Below are positions 19,641-27,608 of a stretch of 64,000 bases of DNA, piece by piece. Source of the stretch: Tenericutes bacterium ADurb.Bin087 (GTDB taxonomy: Bacteria; Bacillota_I; Bacilli_A; RFN20; CAG-826). The notes beneath the pieces are model-generated. The model saw only the letters and a program-made list of their open reading frames with translations, made no database searches and was not told the DNA's origin. Both the position numbers and the translations under genes were made by a program. Location: contig MWEF01000005.1 in NCBI GenBank assembly GCA_002070905.1, positions 1,412 to 65,411 on the forward strand, read 5' to 3'. Numbering within the stretch: position 1 is the first letter of the stretch; every line of letters starts with the position of its first letter.

Positions 19641-19751
19641 ACGAAACAAAAACAAGCAAAAAAGGAAGAAAATAAGGTTAAAATTAATGTTATCCTGCTC
19701 CCTTTTGTTGTTGAAAGAATTAATTACTCAGTTACGTTTAATAGTCATTGG

Positions 19752-19780
19752 TTGACTTTTACTATGTAAACCACTAAAAT
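19752..19780 (+). promoter_or_regulatory. sigma-A-type promoter for rpmH-rnpA-yidC-jag (TTGACT, 17 nt, TAAAAT)
   Basis: TTGACT lies at 19752-19757 and TAAAAT at 19775-19780. The rpmH ATG is 45 nt downstream, after a GAGGAG RBS. Confidence 0.65.
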
Positions 19781-19824
19781 TAATCGCGAACAACTTTATG
19801 TTGGATTGAATGAGGAGAAATATT

Positions 19825-19959
19825 ATGAAACGTACGTATCAACCAAGTAAATTAAGACGGGCTCGTCTTCACGGGTTCCGGGCAAGAATGGCGACACCAG
19901 GTGGTCGCCGAGTTCTTCGTAATCGACGTGCCAAAGGCCGTGAATCTTTAACGGTCTAA
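19825..19959 (+). CDS. rpmH: 50S ribosomal protein L34
   Basis: Too short for the ORF track. My translation is [44 protein letters not shown] (44 aa), which fits the canonical L34 sequence. It has a GAGGAG RBS and is divergent from dnaA. Confidence 0.95.
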   Translation: MKRTYQPSKLRRARLHGFRARMATPGGRRVLRNRRAKGRESLTV

Positions 19960-19982
19960 TTTGACTACTTTTGAGGAGAGTC

Positions 19983-20306
19983 GTGAAAAGGGAGCATCGG
20001 ATCTTAAAAAACGAGCAGTTCCAGGCAATTATAAAAAATGGAGTGCTCACTAAAACCCCGCTTTGCTATGGTTACTTTACTCCTAACGAACTCGAAACTT
20101 TACGTGTTGGTGTCGCGGTTAGCAAGAAAATTGGTAATGCTGTCACCCGCAATAAAATAAAAAGACAAATCAAAGCAATTGTTAGACCGTATATCAAAAC
20201 TCATACCGGTGACTTTATCATTGTGGCGAAAAAGGAAATCAATAATTCATCCTTCGGTGATTTAGTAAATGCAATTGCGAAAATATTCGACAATAACGGA
20301 GATTAA
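19983..20306 (+). CDS. rnpA: ribonuclease P protein component
   Basis: A basic protein reading KREHRILKNEQFQAIIKNG...LRVGVAVSKKIGNAVTRNKIKRQIK, with the RNR-like motif and a position after rpmH. I prefer the GTG at 19983, downstream of GAGGAG, over the TTG at 19971 used by the ORF track. Confidence 0.88.
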   Translation: MKREHRILKNEQFQAIIKNGVLTKTPLCYGYFTPNELETLRVGVAVSKKIGNAVTRNKIKRQIKAIVRPYIKTHTGDFIIVAKKEINNSSFGDLVNAIAKIFDNNGD

Positions 20307-20307
20307 C

Positions 20308-21687
20308 ATGAAAAAGAATAAAAAACGGATTATAAAACTAGGCGCACTAGTCGCCGGGCTTTTTGTGCTCTCTTCATGTACCGCGAGCTTCTGTTCTGCG
20401 AAAGATATTGGTTATATGCTCTATAATCAGGAACCAGGATTAGTGACAGAAATAGTTGATGGTACTGAAACAAAAGTACATAACAAAGTGCTTCACAAAA
20501 TTATTTTAGACGCGCAAAGTCAAGGGTTTGCAACTCCAACCCTAGAATATTATGAAAAGCTCGATCAAAAAGTGTTAGACTTTGCGATTGCTAATTTTAA
20601 TAACGAAAAAGGTTTAGTAGGCGCAGAACTTAACGCTGCCGCCTTAAAACAAAACGGTTACTTAAAATTTTTAGGGACAAAAGGCGCAACAGTCATTACC
20701 GCTGGCGGCAGTGAACTTTGGGTTAACTGGACAATTTGGAATAAAGAAATTGGCGCAGAAATCGGTTATGAAAATGTTCCTGACCGTGATTTTGCAAATT
20801 TCTACAAAACACAAGTTTATAACAAAATTAAGGCAAATCGCGCGTGTATCGCCCTTTATGATGGTGAATATGGACCAGAAGATAATAAGGTTCCAGTAGA
20901 AGCTAAGACGTGGAAAGCAGCATGGAAAAAAGGCGTTATCGAGGGATTAATTGTTTATCCCGTAGCGGCCTTACTTGAATATTTGACATTTTCATTTGGC
21001 GCTGGTGGATGGGGTCAAATCTGGGCCATTTTACTTACAACAATCATTGTTAGAGGTTTGCTTATTTTAGCAACACTTAAGCAAACAATTGGGGCCCAAA
21101 AAATGCAAGCCTTACAACCAGAACTGGCGAAGATTCAACAAAAATATCCTAACTCCAACACGAATCAATATGAAAGACAAGCGCTCGCCCAAGCACAAAT
21201 GGCTTTATATAAGAAACACGGCATTAATCCGCTTGGTTCACTGCTTGTAATGTTTGTTCAATTCCCAATCTTTATTGGGGTGTGGGGTGCAATGACTGGT
21301 TCTGCTAGTTTAGCAAGCGATAGTGTGCTTGGACTAAACTTAAGTGCCCAGCTTGGTCAATCAATGATTAATGGTTGGTTCCAGGGCGGATGGTGGACAG
21401 CGTGGGTGCTCTTTATATTAATGACCGCGACGCAATTTGTGAGTACAAAGTTATCAACATGGCTCAACAAAAGCAAAACAAAAGAAATTGATAAAACAAC
21501 CGCTAATCCAGCCGCTGATAAACAACAACGACAATCAAAAATGATGATGAATATTATGTTCTTAATGATTGTCTTTATGTCATTTACACTTCCTGCCGCA
21601 ATGGGTGTGTATTGGTTTATCGGAGCGATTATCTCAATTGTGCAAACAGTGATTGTTCATTACGTGATGAAAGGAAGGAAACAATAA
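20308..21687 (+). CDS. yidC: membrane protein insertase YidC (lipoprotein type, SpoIIIJ-like)
   Basis: I prefer the start MKKNKKRIIKLGALVAGLFVLSSC (lipobox LSSC) at 20308, just after the rnpA stop. The YidC core includes QKMQALQPELAKIQQKY and PLGSLLVMFVQFPIFIGVW. Confidence 0.88.
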   Translation: MKKNKKRIIKLGALVAGLFVLSSCTASFCSAKDIGYMLYNQEPGLVTEIVDGTETKVHNKVLHKIILDAQSQGFATPTLEYYEKLDQKVLDFAIANFNNEKGLVGAELNAAALKQNGYLKFLGTKGATVITAGGSELWVNWTIWNKEIGAEIGYENVPDRDFANFYKTQVYNKIKANRACIALYDGEYGPEDNKVPVEAKTWKAAWKKGVIEGLIVYPVAALLEYLTFSFGAGGWGQIWAILLTTIIVRGLLILATLKQTIGAQKMQALQPELAKIQQKYPNSNTNQYERQALAQAQMALYKKHGINPLGSLLVMFVQFPIFIGVWGAMTGSASLASDSVLGLNLSAQLGQSMINGWFQGGWWTAWVLFILMTATQFVSTKLSTWLNKSKTKEIDKTTANPAADKQQRQSKMMMNIMFLMIVFMSFTLPAAMGVYWFIGAIISIVQTVIVHYVMKGRKQ

Positions 21688-22328
21688 TGCGTATATTTGA
21701 AGCAAAAAATCTTGATGAAGTATTAGCGCTTGCAAGTGAAGATATTGGAATTCAAGCAAAAGACCTTGTCTATGACATTCTTGAAGAAAAGAAAGGGCTT
21801 TTTAAAAGTTCCATAAAAATCAGTGTTTATGAAACGACTGATTATATTGAATATGCTGAAAACTATTTACGTTTAGTAGTGGAGTCATTAGGTTTTACGC
21901 CTGAATTTAACACAAGTTTAGATGGCGAGGTCATTAAAATTGAAATGAGCACAAACCACAACTCAATTCTAATTGGTAAAGGTGGTAAGACATTACTGGC
22001 GTTAAACGAAATCATCCAAGTCGCAATGACTGTTAAATTTAAAAAACGGATTCGCGTTTTATTAGATATTAATAATTATAAGAATGATCGTTATCGGAGA
22101 GTTACTGGCCTAGCTAGAAAAGTTGCAGGTGATGTTGCGCGTTCCAAGCAAGATGCGACCCTTGATCCAATGCCAAGTGATGAACGCCGTGCGATTCATA
22201 ATGCCTTAAGTGAATACCGAAACGTGACAACCGAATCAATTGGTGCGGGTAAAGAGCGACAAATAGTTATCCGTTATAAAAAACAAGATAAAAAAGAAAA
22301 AGCGCCAAAAGAGCCCAAAGACGAATAA
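21687..22328 (+). CDS. jag: RNA-binding protein Jag/KhpB (KH and R3H domains)
   Basis: I prefer the start MRIFEAKNLDEVL (a TAATG overlap with the yidC stop). It has a Jag_N-like N-terminus, the KH-like IGKGGKTLLALNEI and the R3H motif ERRAIHNALSEY. Synteny is rnpA-yidC-jag. Confidence 0.85.
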   Translation: MRIFEAKNLDEVLALASEDIGIQAKDLVYDILEEKKGLFKSSIKISVYETTDYIEYAENYLRLVVESLGFTPEFNTSLDGEVIKIEMSTNHNSILIGKGGKTLLALNEIIQVAMTVKFKKRIRVLLDINNYKNDRYRRVTGLARKVAGDVARSKQDATLDPMPSDERRAIHNALSEYRNVTTESIGAGKERQIVIRYKKQDKKEKAPKEPKDE

Positions 22329-22339
22329 AAACAATGAAA

Positions 22340-22365
22340 GTCGAGTGAAAAACTCGGCTTTTTAT
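22340..22365 (+). terminator. rho-independent terminator after jag
   Basis: The stem is GUCGAGU/ACUCGGC (7 bp, one G-U) with loop GAAAA, followed by UUUUUAUU. Confidence 0.7.
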
Positions 22366-22405
22366 TAATGATATTTTACATAAAATCAATAATATTTACA
22401 TTTTC

Positions 22406-22434
22406 TTTACAATTGTAAATTTTAAATGTAGAAT
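22406..22434 (+). promoter_or_regulatory. candidate promoter of the ABC substrate-binding lipoprotein gene (TTTACA, 17 nt, TAGAAT) overlapped by a 14-bp palindrome
   Basis: TTTACA lies at 22406-22411 and TAGAAT at 22429-22434. The perfect palindrome TTTACAATTGTAAA (22406-22419) covers the -35 element. Confidence 0.5.
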
Positions 22435-22464
22435 GAATGTATAAATATCTGAAAGGAGAATAAT

Positions 22465-23769
22465 ATGAAAAAGATATTTGCCCTTTTTGGTGTCATGTTA
22501 CTGGGTATTTCCGTGACATCATGTAAGCCAAAAAGTGAGATTGAAAAACTCATAAGCCAAGCAGAGAAATTATCATTAGACGAACTCTATGAAAAAGCTT
22601 ATGAAGAGTCCAAAAACAGTGTCTTAAAAGGACTTGGTAACTCAAGTCGCGGTAAAACCGCAGGCGAATCATTTGTCGCAATGATGAAAGAAAGACACGC
22701 TGACTATGGCGGTACGATTGAATGGTCACAGCCAAAAGAAAACACCATCTTTACGATGCTTGAAGCAGACAGCAACTCATTATCGCCACAATTCTCAATG
22801 ACGTTAATTCAAGATGGCAGTCAAGTAAAGTCTAAAATGATTGATACGGGCATTTTATACAACTTTATCCCTAAAGCTTGGAAAGAAACAGAAGGGGTAA
22901 ACGTTGCCATGAACGGAGAACCCTTAACACTACAAACATTAAGCAAAGTGTTTATGTTCAATAATTTAGGGACCAAAGAATATAAAAACGTTTGGCACTT
23001 CGTCCGCGAAGGTGAAAGCCCAATGTTTATGGGTCTCCAATCAGAACCAATTGGATTTAACGCACTTTTAATGCTCACGCAAGAACAATATGTTGCATAT
23101 GTGAAGGAAGCATTTGACGCTTTAACAGCGGAAGAAAAAGCGTACTTCCAACCAAAAGCTGACGCCCTAAAAGAAGAAGCTAAAAAACATAAATTATCAG
23201 CAAATGCGCACTATTCCTTAGCGTGGATTCAAGAATGGGTCAAGAAAATGAATGTCATGAATGACGATGGTCCAATTTGTAACGAACTCGTAAAGAAATC
23301 AGCAGTCGGACAAACCGGATTATTAGTGTATTCAAAATTAAGATCAGTTCAAGAATCTGAAGAAGTTTCCAAAAACAACATTACCATTGCTGCTTACCAA
23401 GATGGTTTTAAAGGCTTTGGTGGTTATGCATACAAACACTACTTACAAGTTACCCAAAAGAGTCCGCTTCCATGGACCGCAATGGCATTCATTGCTTACA
23501 TGGTAACAACTGTTGAGGGCTTCCACCCATGGGGTAAAGACGTTGGTGGCTATAGTGCAAACCCAACAATTAACCAAGACCACACACAAGATGGTTACGA
23601 CAGAGAAACTGGCGAATTACTATATCCAGCCATCAATGACAAAGGTTATGAATGGTGGATTGGCAAAACCGCTGGTCAAGGCCGTCTCATCGTTGAAAAC
23701 CACGAATACGCTGCTAAAGTTTCGTTCACCGTTGGCGAATGGATTAGAAGACTTGAAGGTTTCCAATAA
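22465..23769 (+). CDS. ABC transporter substrate-binding lipoprotein (FbpA/ThiB/PotD-like class; substrate unknown)
   Basis: 434 aa with signal peptide and lipobox MKKIFALFGVMLLGISVTSC and an AAAGGAG RBS. It is convergent with an ABC permease/ATPase operon that has no binding-protein gene of its own. Confidence 0.7.
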   Translation: MKKIFALFGVMLLGISVTSCKPKSEIEKLISQAEKLSLDELYEKAYEESKNSVLKGLGNSSRGKTAGESFVAMMKERHADYGGTIEWSQPKENTIFTMLEADSNSLSPQFSMTLIQDGSQVKSKMIDTGILYNFIPKAWKETEGVNVAMNGEPLTLQTLSKVFMFNNLGTKEYKNVWHFVREGESPMFMGLQSEPIGFNALLMLTQEQYVAYVKEAFDALTAEEKAYFQPKADALKEEAKKHKLSANAHYSLAWIQEWVKKMNVMNDDGPICNELVKKSAVGQTGLLVYSKLRSVQESEEVSKNNITIAAYQDGFKGFGGYAYKHYLQVTQKSPLPWTAMAFIAYMVTTVEGFHPWGKDVGGYSANPTINQDHTQDGYDRETGELLYPAINDKGYEWWIGKTAGQGRLIVENHEYAAKVSFTVGEWIRRLEGFQ

Positions 23770-23812
23770 TAAATAACAAAAACGATTAAATATCGCTTTG
23801 TAACAAGCAACT

Positions 23813-23840
23813 GGCTAGGACTAAAAACCTAGCCTTTTTT
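23813..23840 (+). terminator. rho-independent terminator after the binding-protein gene
   Basis: The stem GGCUAGG/CCUAGCC (7 bp) has an 8-nt loop and is followed by UUUUUU. Confidence 0.8.
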
Positions 23841-23847
23841 ATGTGGT

Positions 23848-23869
23848 AAAAAGGGCCGCTGGGGCCCTT
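23848..23869 (-). terminator. rho-independent terminator of the convergent ABC permease/ATPase operon
   Basis: The GC-rich stem AAGGGCC/GGCCCUU (23851-23869) is followed on the minus strand by a U-run (rc of aaaaa at 23848-23852). Confidence 0.7.
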
Positions 23870-23895
23870 AGTTTTTAGTGTTATTATTATCGCCG

Positions 23896-25512
23896 CTACT
23901 CTAGAGCGCCCGTAGTAATAAAGCGTTGATTCTTACGGTTGAAGAGCACGATAGCTTTTGATGAGAAGTCAAAACTAATATCTTCACCAATCGTGAAGTC
24001 AATATTACCAAAAACAACGGAGGTTAAGATGAAACCACCGACATCAATCTTCACAATTGTTTCCATGCCAGAAGGCATTGATGAATAAACAGTGCCTTTA
24101 AATTTCCCATCTTTTTTAATTTGGACAAATTCAGGTCTAACCCCGAGTACAAAATCGTTATCGGTTATATTTTTTTCAACGTGGTGTAAATCAAGTTCAT
24201 CCGTTTTTTGCACGTGATATTTAAAGAGAGAGTCCTTATTTGCCTTTTCAACTTTGTATACTTTTTTATTGTCTTCAATATCTTTTTCGGTTTTAACAAT
24301 CCATGATTTATAGTTTATTTTTTCGTTAGGGATAAAAGTTAGTTTTTGTGTATCTTCCCAAATTGAAAGGTTGACTTTCCCGTCTTTAACTTCTCCTATT
24401 GCCTCAATAAAGTTAATCGATGGGTTACCAACAAAGTCAGCAACAAAAATGTTGTGTGGGCGTTCATAGATTGTTAGCGGCTTATCATATTGTTGTAAAA
24501 GACCATTATCCATTAAGCAAATTTTACTCGCTAAAGTCATTGCTTCTAATTGATCGTGCGTAACGTAAACTATAGTCGCGTGCGTATCAACGTGCAAGCG
24601 CTGCAACTCACTTCTCATTTCGAGTCGTAACTTAGCGTCTAAGTTTGATAATGGTTCGTCCATAAATAATACTTTTGGCTCGGGCGCTAAAGTTCTAGCA
24701 ATCGCCACCCTTTGTTGTTGACCACCAGATAGTTCGTTTGGATAGCGATCCATAAACATTCCGATTTTAACAATACGTGCGACACGCCGCACTTTTAAAT
24801 CAATCTCGTCTTTTGTAAGGCGCCGCACTTTAGTCACGACTACACCATCTTTTATTAGTTCAAAATTTTCACCAATAGCGATGCCTTTAGCGTGGTAAGT
24901 GGCTTTTTTATTATTTATTTTTTTATCAAGTGCTGCGTTATTATCTTTGACCGCATTTTCAAGTGAAGACACTTCATTTAATTTATAGGTAAGTATTTCT
25001 TTAGCAACATCAATATATGTATCAAATTTGTCAATGATTTTAACTTCTGCAACCTTTTTATCTAAACGATTAGTAATATCGAAAGAATCATTAATGAGCA
25101 CAACAACATCATTAGCTTTTTCTAATAATCGTTTAATCTCATGCCATTTTTTAAGATCAACATCATAAACAGGCATTGATTCTTTAATGTTTTTTAACCC
25201 AAACGAAATATTTTGGTAAACAGTCATGTTTGGCCAAAGCGCATAGTTTTGGAACAAGAACCCAACCTTTCTTTTATTTGCGGGAATATTAATGCCCGCT
25301 GCGGAGTCAAAGACAACTTCACCATCAATCGTGATTTTACCGCTTGTGGGCGTTTCTAATCCGGCAATCATGCGGAGCGTTGTTGTTTTTCCGCAGCCGC
25401 TAGGCCCTAATAAAGTGACGAATGCGTTATTGTCAATTGTGAGACTGAGGTCGTCTACCGCATAGAAGTTGCCCCACCTTTTAGTTACATTTGTTAAAAT
25501 AATTTCTGGCAT
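23896..25512 (-). CDS. ABC transporter ATP-binding protein (MalK/UgpC/PotA-like) with a large internal insertion
   Basis: 538 aa with Walker [11 protein letters not shown]-loop LFQNYALWP, signature LSGGQQQRVAIARTL, Walker B VLFMDEPLSNLD and an H-loop (VTHDQ). A C-terminal regulatory/OB-like domain is present. About 115 extra residues lie between the Q-loop and the signature. Confidence 0.88.
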   Translation of the reverse strand: MPEIILTNVTKRWGNFYAVDDLSLTIDNNAFVTLLGPSGCGKTTTLRMIAGLETPTSGKITIDGEVVFDSAAGINIPANKRKVGFLFQNYALWPNMTVYQNISFGLKNIKESMPVYDVDLKKWHEIKRLLEKANDVVVLINDSFDITNRLDKKVAEVKIIDKFDTYIDVAKEILTYKLNEVSSLENAVKDNNAALDKKINNKKATYHAKGIAIGENFELIKDGVVVTKVRRLTKDEIDLKVRRVARIVKIGMFMDRYPNELSGGQQQRVAIARTLAPEPKVLFMDEPLSNLDAKLRLEMRSELQRLHVDTHATIVYVTHDQLEAMTLASKICLMDNGLLQQYDKPLTIYERPHNIFVADFVGNPSINFIEAIGEVKDGKVNLSIWEDTQKLTFIPNEKINYKSWIVKTEKDIEDNKKVYKVEKANKDSLFKYHVQKTDELDLHHVEKNITDNDFVLGVRPEFVQIKKDGKFKGTVYSSMPSGMETIVKIDVGGFILTSVVFGNIDFTIGEDISFDFSSKAIVLFNRKNQRFITTGALE

Positions 25513-25513
25513 A

Positions 25514-27328
25514 TTAAGATCCTCCTAATCCCTTATCTAAACTGGCGCCCGTTAATTTGTTAATGGCGAAATTAATAACTAAAATGAATAAAATAATCAT
25601 CATATTAATACCACTTGAAAAAGCATATAGTCCCATTTCATCAAAGTAAGATAACATTGTTGTGCTTAACTTTGTTTGATTCACTAAGAGCATGAATAGC
25701 GTTAATTCTCTAACAGCGGTAATAAACGGTAAAAGATAACCAGATAAAATTGCCCCCTTTTGAATTGGAATAATAATTTTTGTCATTCGTTTGTGCCATG
25801 GTGCATTTTGAATTAATGCCGCTTCTTCAATTTCATTACTTAATTGCATCATTGAGTTGAGTGAGCTTCGTGATGCAAAAGGAATATATTTGATTATCCC
25901 CGCAATAATAACTAATAAATATGTACCATAAATACCGATCGCTGCCCCAAATAAGAAGAAGGCAATACCCATCGCAAGCGACGGTAATAAGTAAGGTAAG
26001 AACGCAACGTTATTTACGTAGTTGGAAAATTTACTTCTTCTATTTTTACTAACAGCGTAGCCAATTAAAAGCCCAAATGTTCCAGCGAAAATGGAAATAA
26101 AGAGCGCAATGGTGAAAGTCCCTTTAAACCCATTCCAAATCATGGAGTTAAATAAAATACCATGTTGACCATATAATCCAACGTCTGTGGAATCGTTGTG
26201 AATCCACCATTTGAGGGTTAGGTTATCAGTGTTCCATGTATTTAAGAAACTATAATCGCCAGGATTGGGCAAGAATGTTTCAAACGCAAAAGAGATAAGC
26301 GGATAGATACTTGTGAGCGCGGTGAGTATAACCAAGACAACACCGATAGCGTATTTTGGGAACCGTCCAAGATCAACTTTGCTAACTTGCCCGCTTTTAC
26401 CAGTAACGGTTGTATAACTCTTCCGACTCTTAGTGTTTAATTGGTTAATAAATAAAATAGCAACACCAAAGAGCATCATTATTACCCCGATAATACTAGC
26501 TTGACCAATGCGATCAACTTTTAATTGCACGTATTTTGTGGATAAAGTCGTTAATTTTAAATAGTGCGGTACAGGATAAGAACCCATTGAACTACCAAAC
26601 ACTAAAAGGATTGTTGATAATACCGCCGGGAAAATCATTGGCAATGTAATTTTAGAGAAAATTTTGTGTTTTGGTGTATTTAAAATAACAGCGGCTTCTT
26701 CAAGGTTTGAATCCATATTTTTAAAGATGGCACCGATTAATAAATACGCGAAAGGAGCGTAGTGAATTGATAATATAACGATTGACGGGAATAATCCTTG
26801 CGACCACCAAAGCGGCATATTAATCCCAAATAAATACGCGAGTAAGCCATCGCCAGTGCGTGTAACAGCATTACTTTTAAATAAGTTTTGCCAAATAACC
26901 GCAAGCGTCCATTGTGGCATGATGTATGGGAAAATAAAAACAGTGCTAATAAAACGCTTAAATTTGAGGTTTGTTCTCGTTACTAAATAAGCAACTGTAC
27001 CACCAAACAATATGGCACCCGCACAAGAAAAGACCGATAAAATTAAACTATTAGCCAGTGGAATCCAAAAGTTTTGTTTAGCAAGGTCGTCAGTAAAGAG
27101 TGTTTTCCAGTTAAAAAGCGTGACACCTGAAGTTTTACCGGTCAAAACCGAATCAATGCTTCCAGGGTGAACCTTGATTGTGTCAAACAACAAAATTAAA
27201 ATTGGTACAAACGTCGCTATTGATAAAAAAACAGCAAACACAACAAGGATAGTGTTTTGGGGCTTTTGGAAAAAAGTCTTAATTTTATTTAATCGAATTT
27301 TATTTTTACTTACAACAATCGTGTCCAT
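25514..27328 (-). CDS. ABC transporter permease, fused double (two MalFG-type domains, FbpB/ThiP-like)
   Basis: 604 aa with about 12 TM helices and two EAA loops: LEEAAVILNTPKHKIFSKITLPMIFP and IEEAALIQNAPWHKRMTKIIIPI. The RBS is AAGGGGG. Confidence 0.88.
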   Translation of the reverse strand: MDTIVVSKNKIRLNKIKTFFQKPQNTILVVFAVFLSIATFVPILILLFDTIKVHPGSIDSVLTGKTSGVTLFNWKTLFTDDLAKQNFWIPLANSLILSVFSCAGAILFGGTVAYLVTRTNLKFKRFISTVFIFPYIMPQWTLAVIWQNLFKSNAVTRTGDGLLAYLFGINMPLWWSQGLFPSIVILSIHYAPFAYLLIGAIFKNMDSNLEEAAVILNTPKHKIFSKITLPMIFPAVLSTILLVFGSSMGSYPVPHYLKLTTLSTKYVQLKVDRIGQASIIGVIMMLFGVAILFINQLNTKSRKSYTTVTGKSGQVSKVDLGRFPKYAIGVVLVILTALTSIYPLISFAFETFLPNPGDYSFLNTWNTDNLTLKWWIHNDSTDVGLYGQHGILFNSMIWNGFKGTFTIALFISIFAGTFGLLIGYAVSKNRRSKFSNYVNNVAFLPYLLPSLAMGIAFFLFGAAIGIYGTYLLVIIAGIIKYIPFASRSSLNSMMQLSNEIEEAALIQNAPWHKRMTKIIIPIQKGAILSGYLLPFITAVRELTLFMLLVNQTKLSTTMLSYFDEMGLYAFSSGINMMIILFILVINFAINKLTGASLDKGLGGS

Positions 27329-27477
27329 TTTTAACCCCCTTGGCTATAAATTACTTTAGAAACAAAAACAAAGAAATGCCGCTAATTATTAGTGCACGAT
27401 ACAAATTTAGAGAATTTTGTGTAACTTAACAATAACGTCTCCCAAAAATCATTTTTCTTTTAAGACATATATGCATA

Positions 27478-27547
27478 AATTGTACAATTAAACAGATAAA
27501 TTGTAAAGAGATTGTAAAGACGACAAAACCGCAGTCAAAGTACAATT
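27478..27547. repeat. cluster of AATTGTA(A/C) half-sites: one palindrome, one 11-bp-spaced direct repeat and one inverted copy
   Basis: AATTGTACAATT is a 12-bp palindrome at 27478-27489. ATTGTAAAGA occurs at 27500-27509 and again at 27511-27520. GTACAATT lies at 27540-27547. Confidence 0.8.
27511..27538 (-). promoter_or_regulatory. candidate promoter of the ABC permease/ATPase operon (TTGACT, 16 nt, TACAAT)
   Basis: Minus-strand TTGACT is the rc of 27533-27538, and TACAAT is the rc of 27511-27516. This implies a leader of about 175 nt. Confidence 0.5.
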
Positions 27548-27593
27548 AATCATTTAATTACAAAGGCGTCATTATATTAATTATATTAAGGTA

Positions 27594-27602
27594 TGGTAAA
27601 AT
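27594..27602 (+). promoter_or_regulatory. extended -10 promoter (TGgTAAAAT) directly upstream of mnmE
   Basis: TG lies at 27594-27595 and TAAAAT at 27597-27602. Only 6 nt separate the -10 from the ATG at 27609, and there is no SD. Confidence 0.45.
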
Positions 27603-27608
27603 TACATT

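Noticed and set aside
19688-19756. 22-codon ORF (MLSCSLLLLKELITQLRLIVIG) between the DnaA-box cluster and the rpmH promoter
   Set aside because: Its stop codon is part of the rpmH -35 (TTGACT). Only a weak AAGG lies upstream. There is no supporting feature and it is likely chance.
27329-27510. Riboswitch (for example TPP) in the ~175-nt leader of the ABC permease operon
   Set aside because: I could not find the thi-box (CUGAGA) or the conserved cores of any other riboswitch class I know. Only weak AU-rich hairpins are present. It is left as a leader of unknown function.
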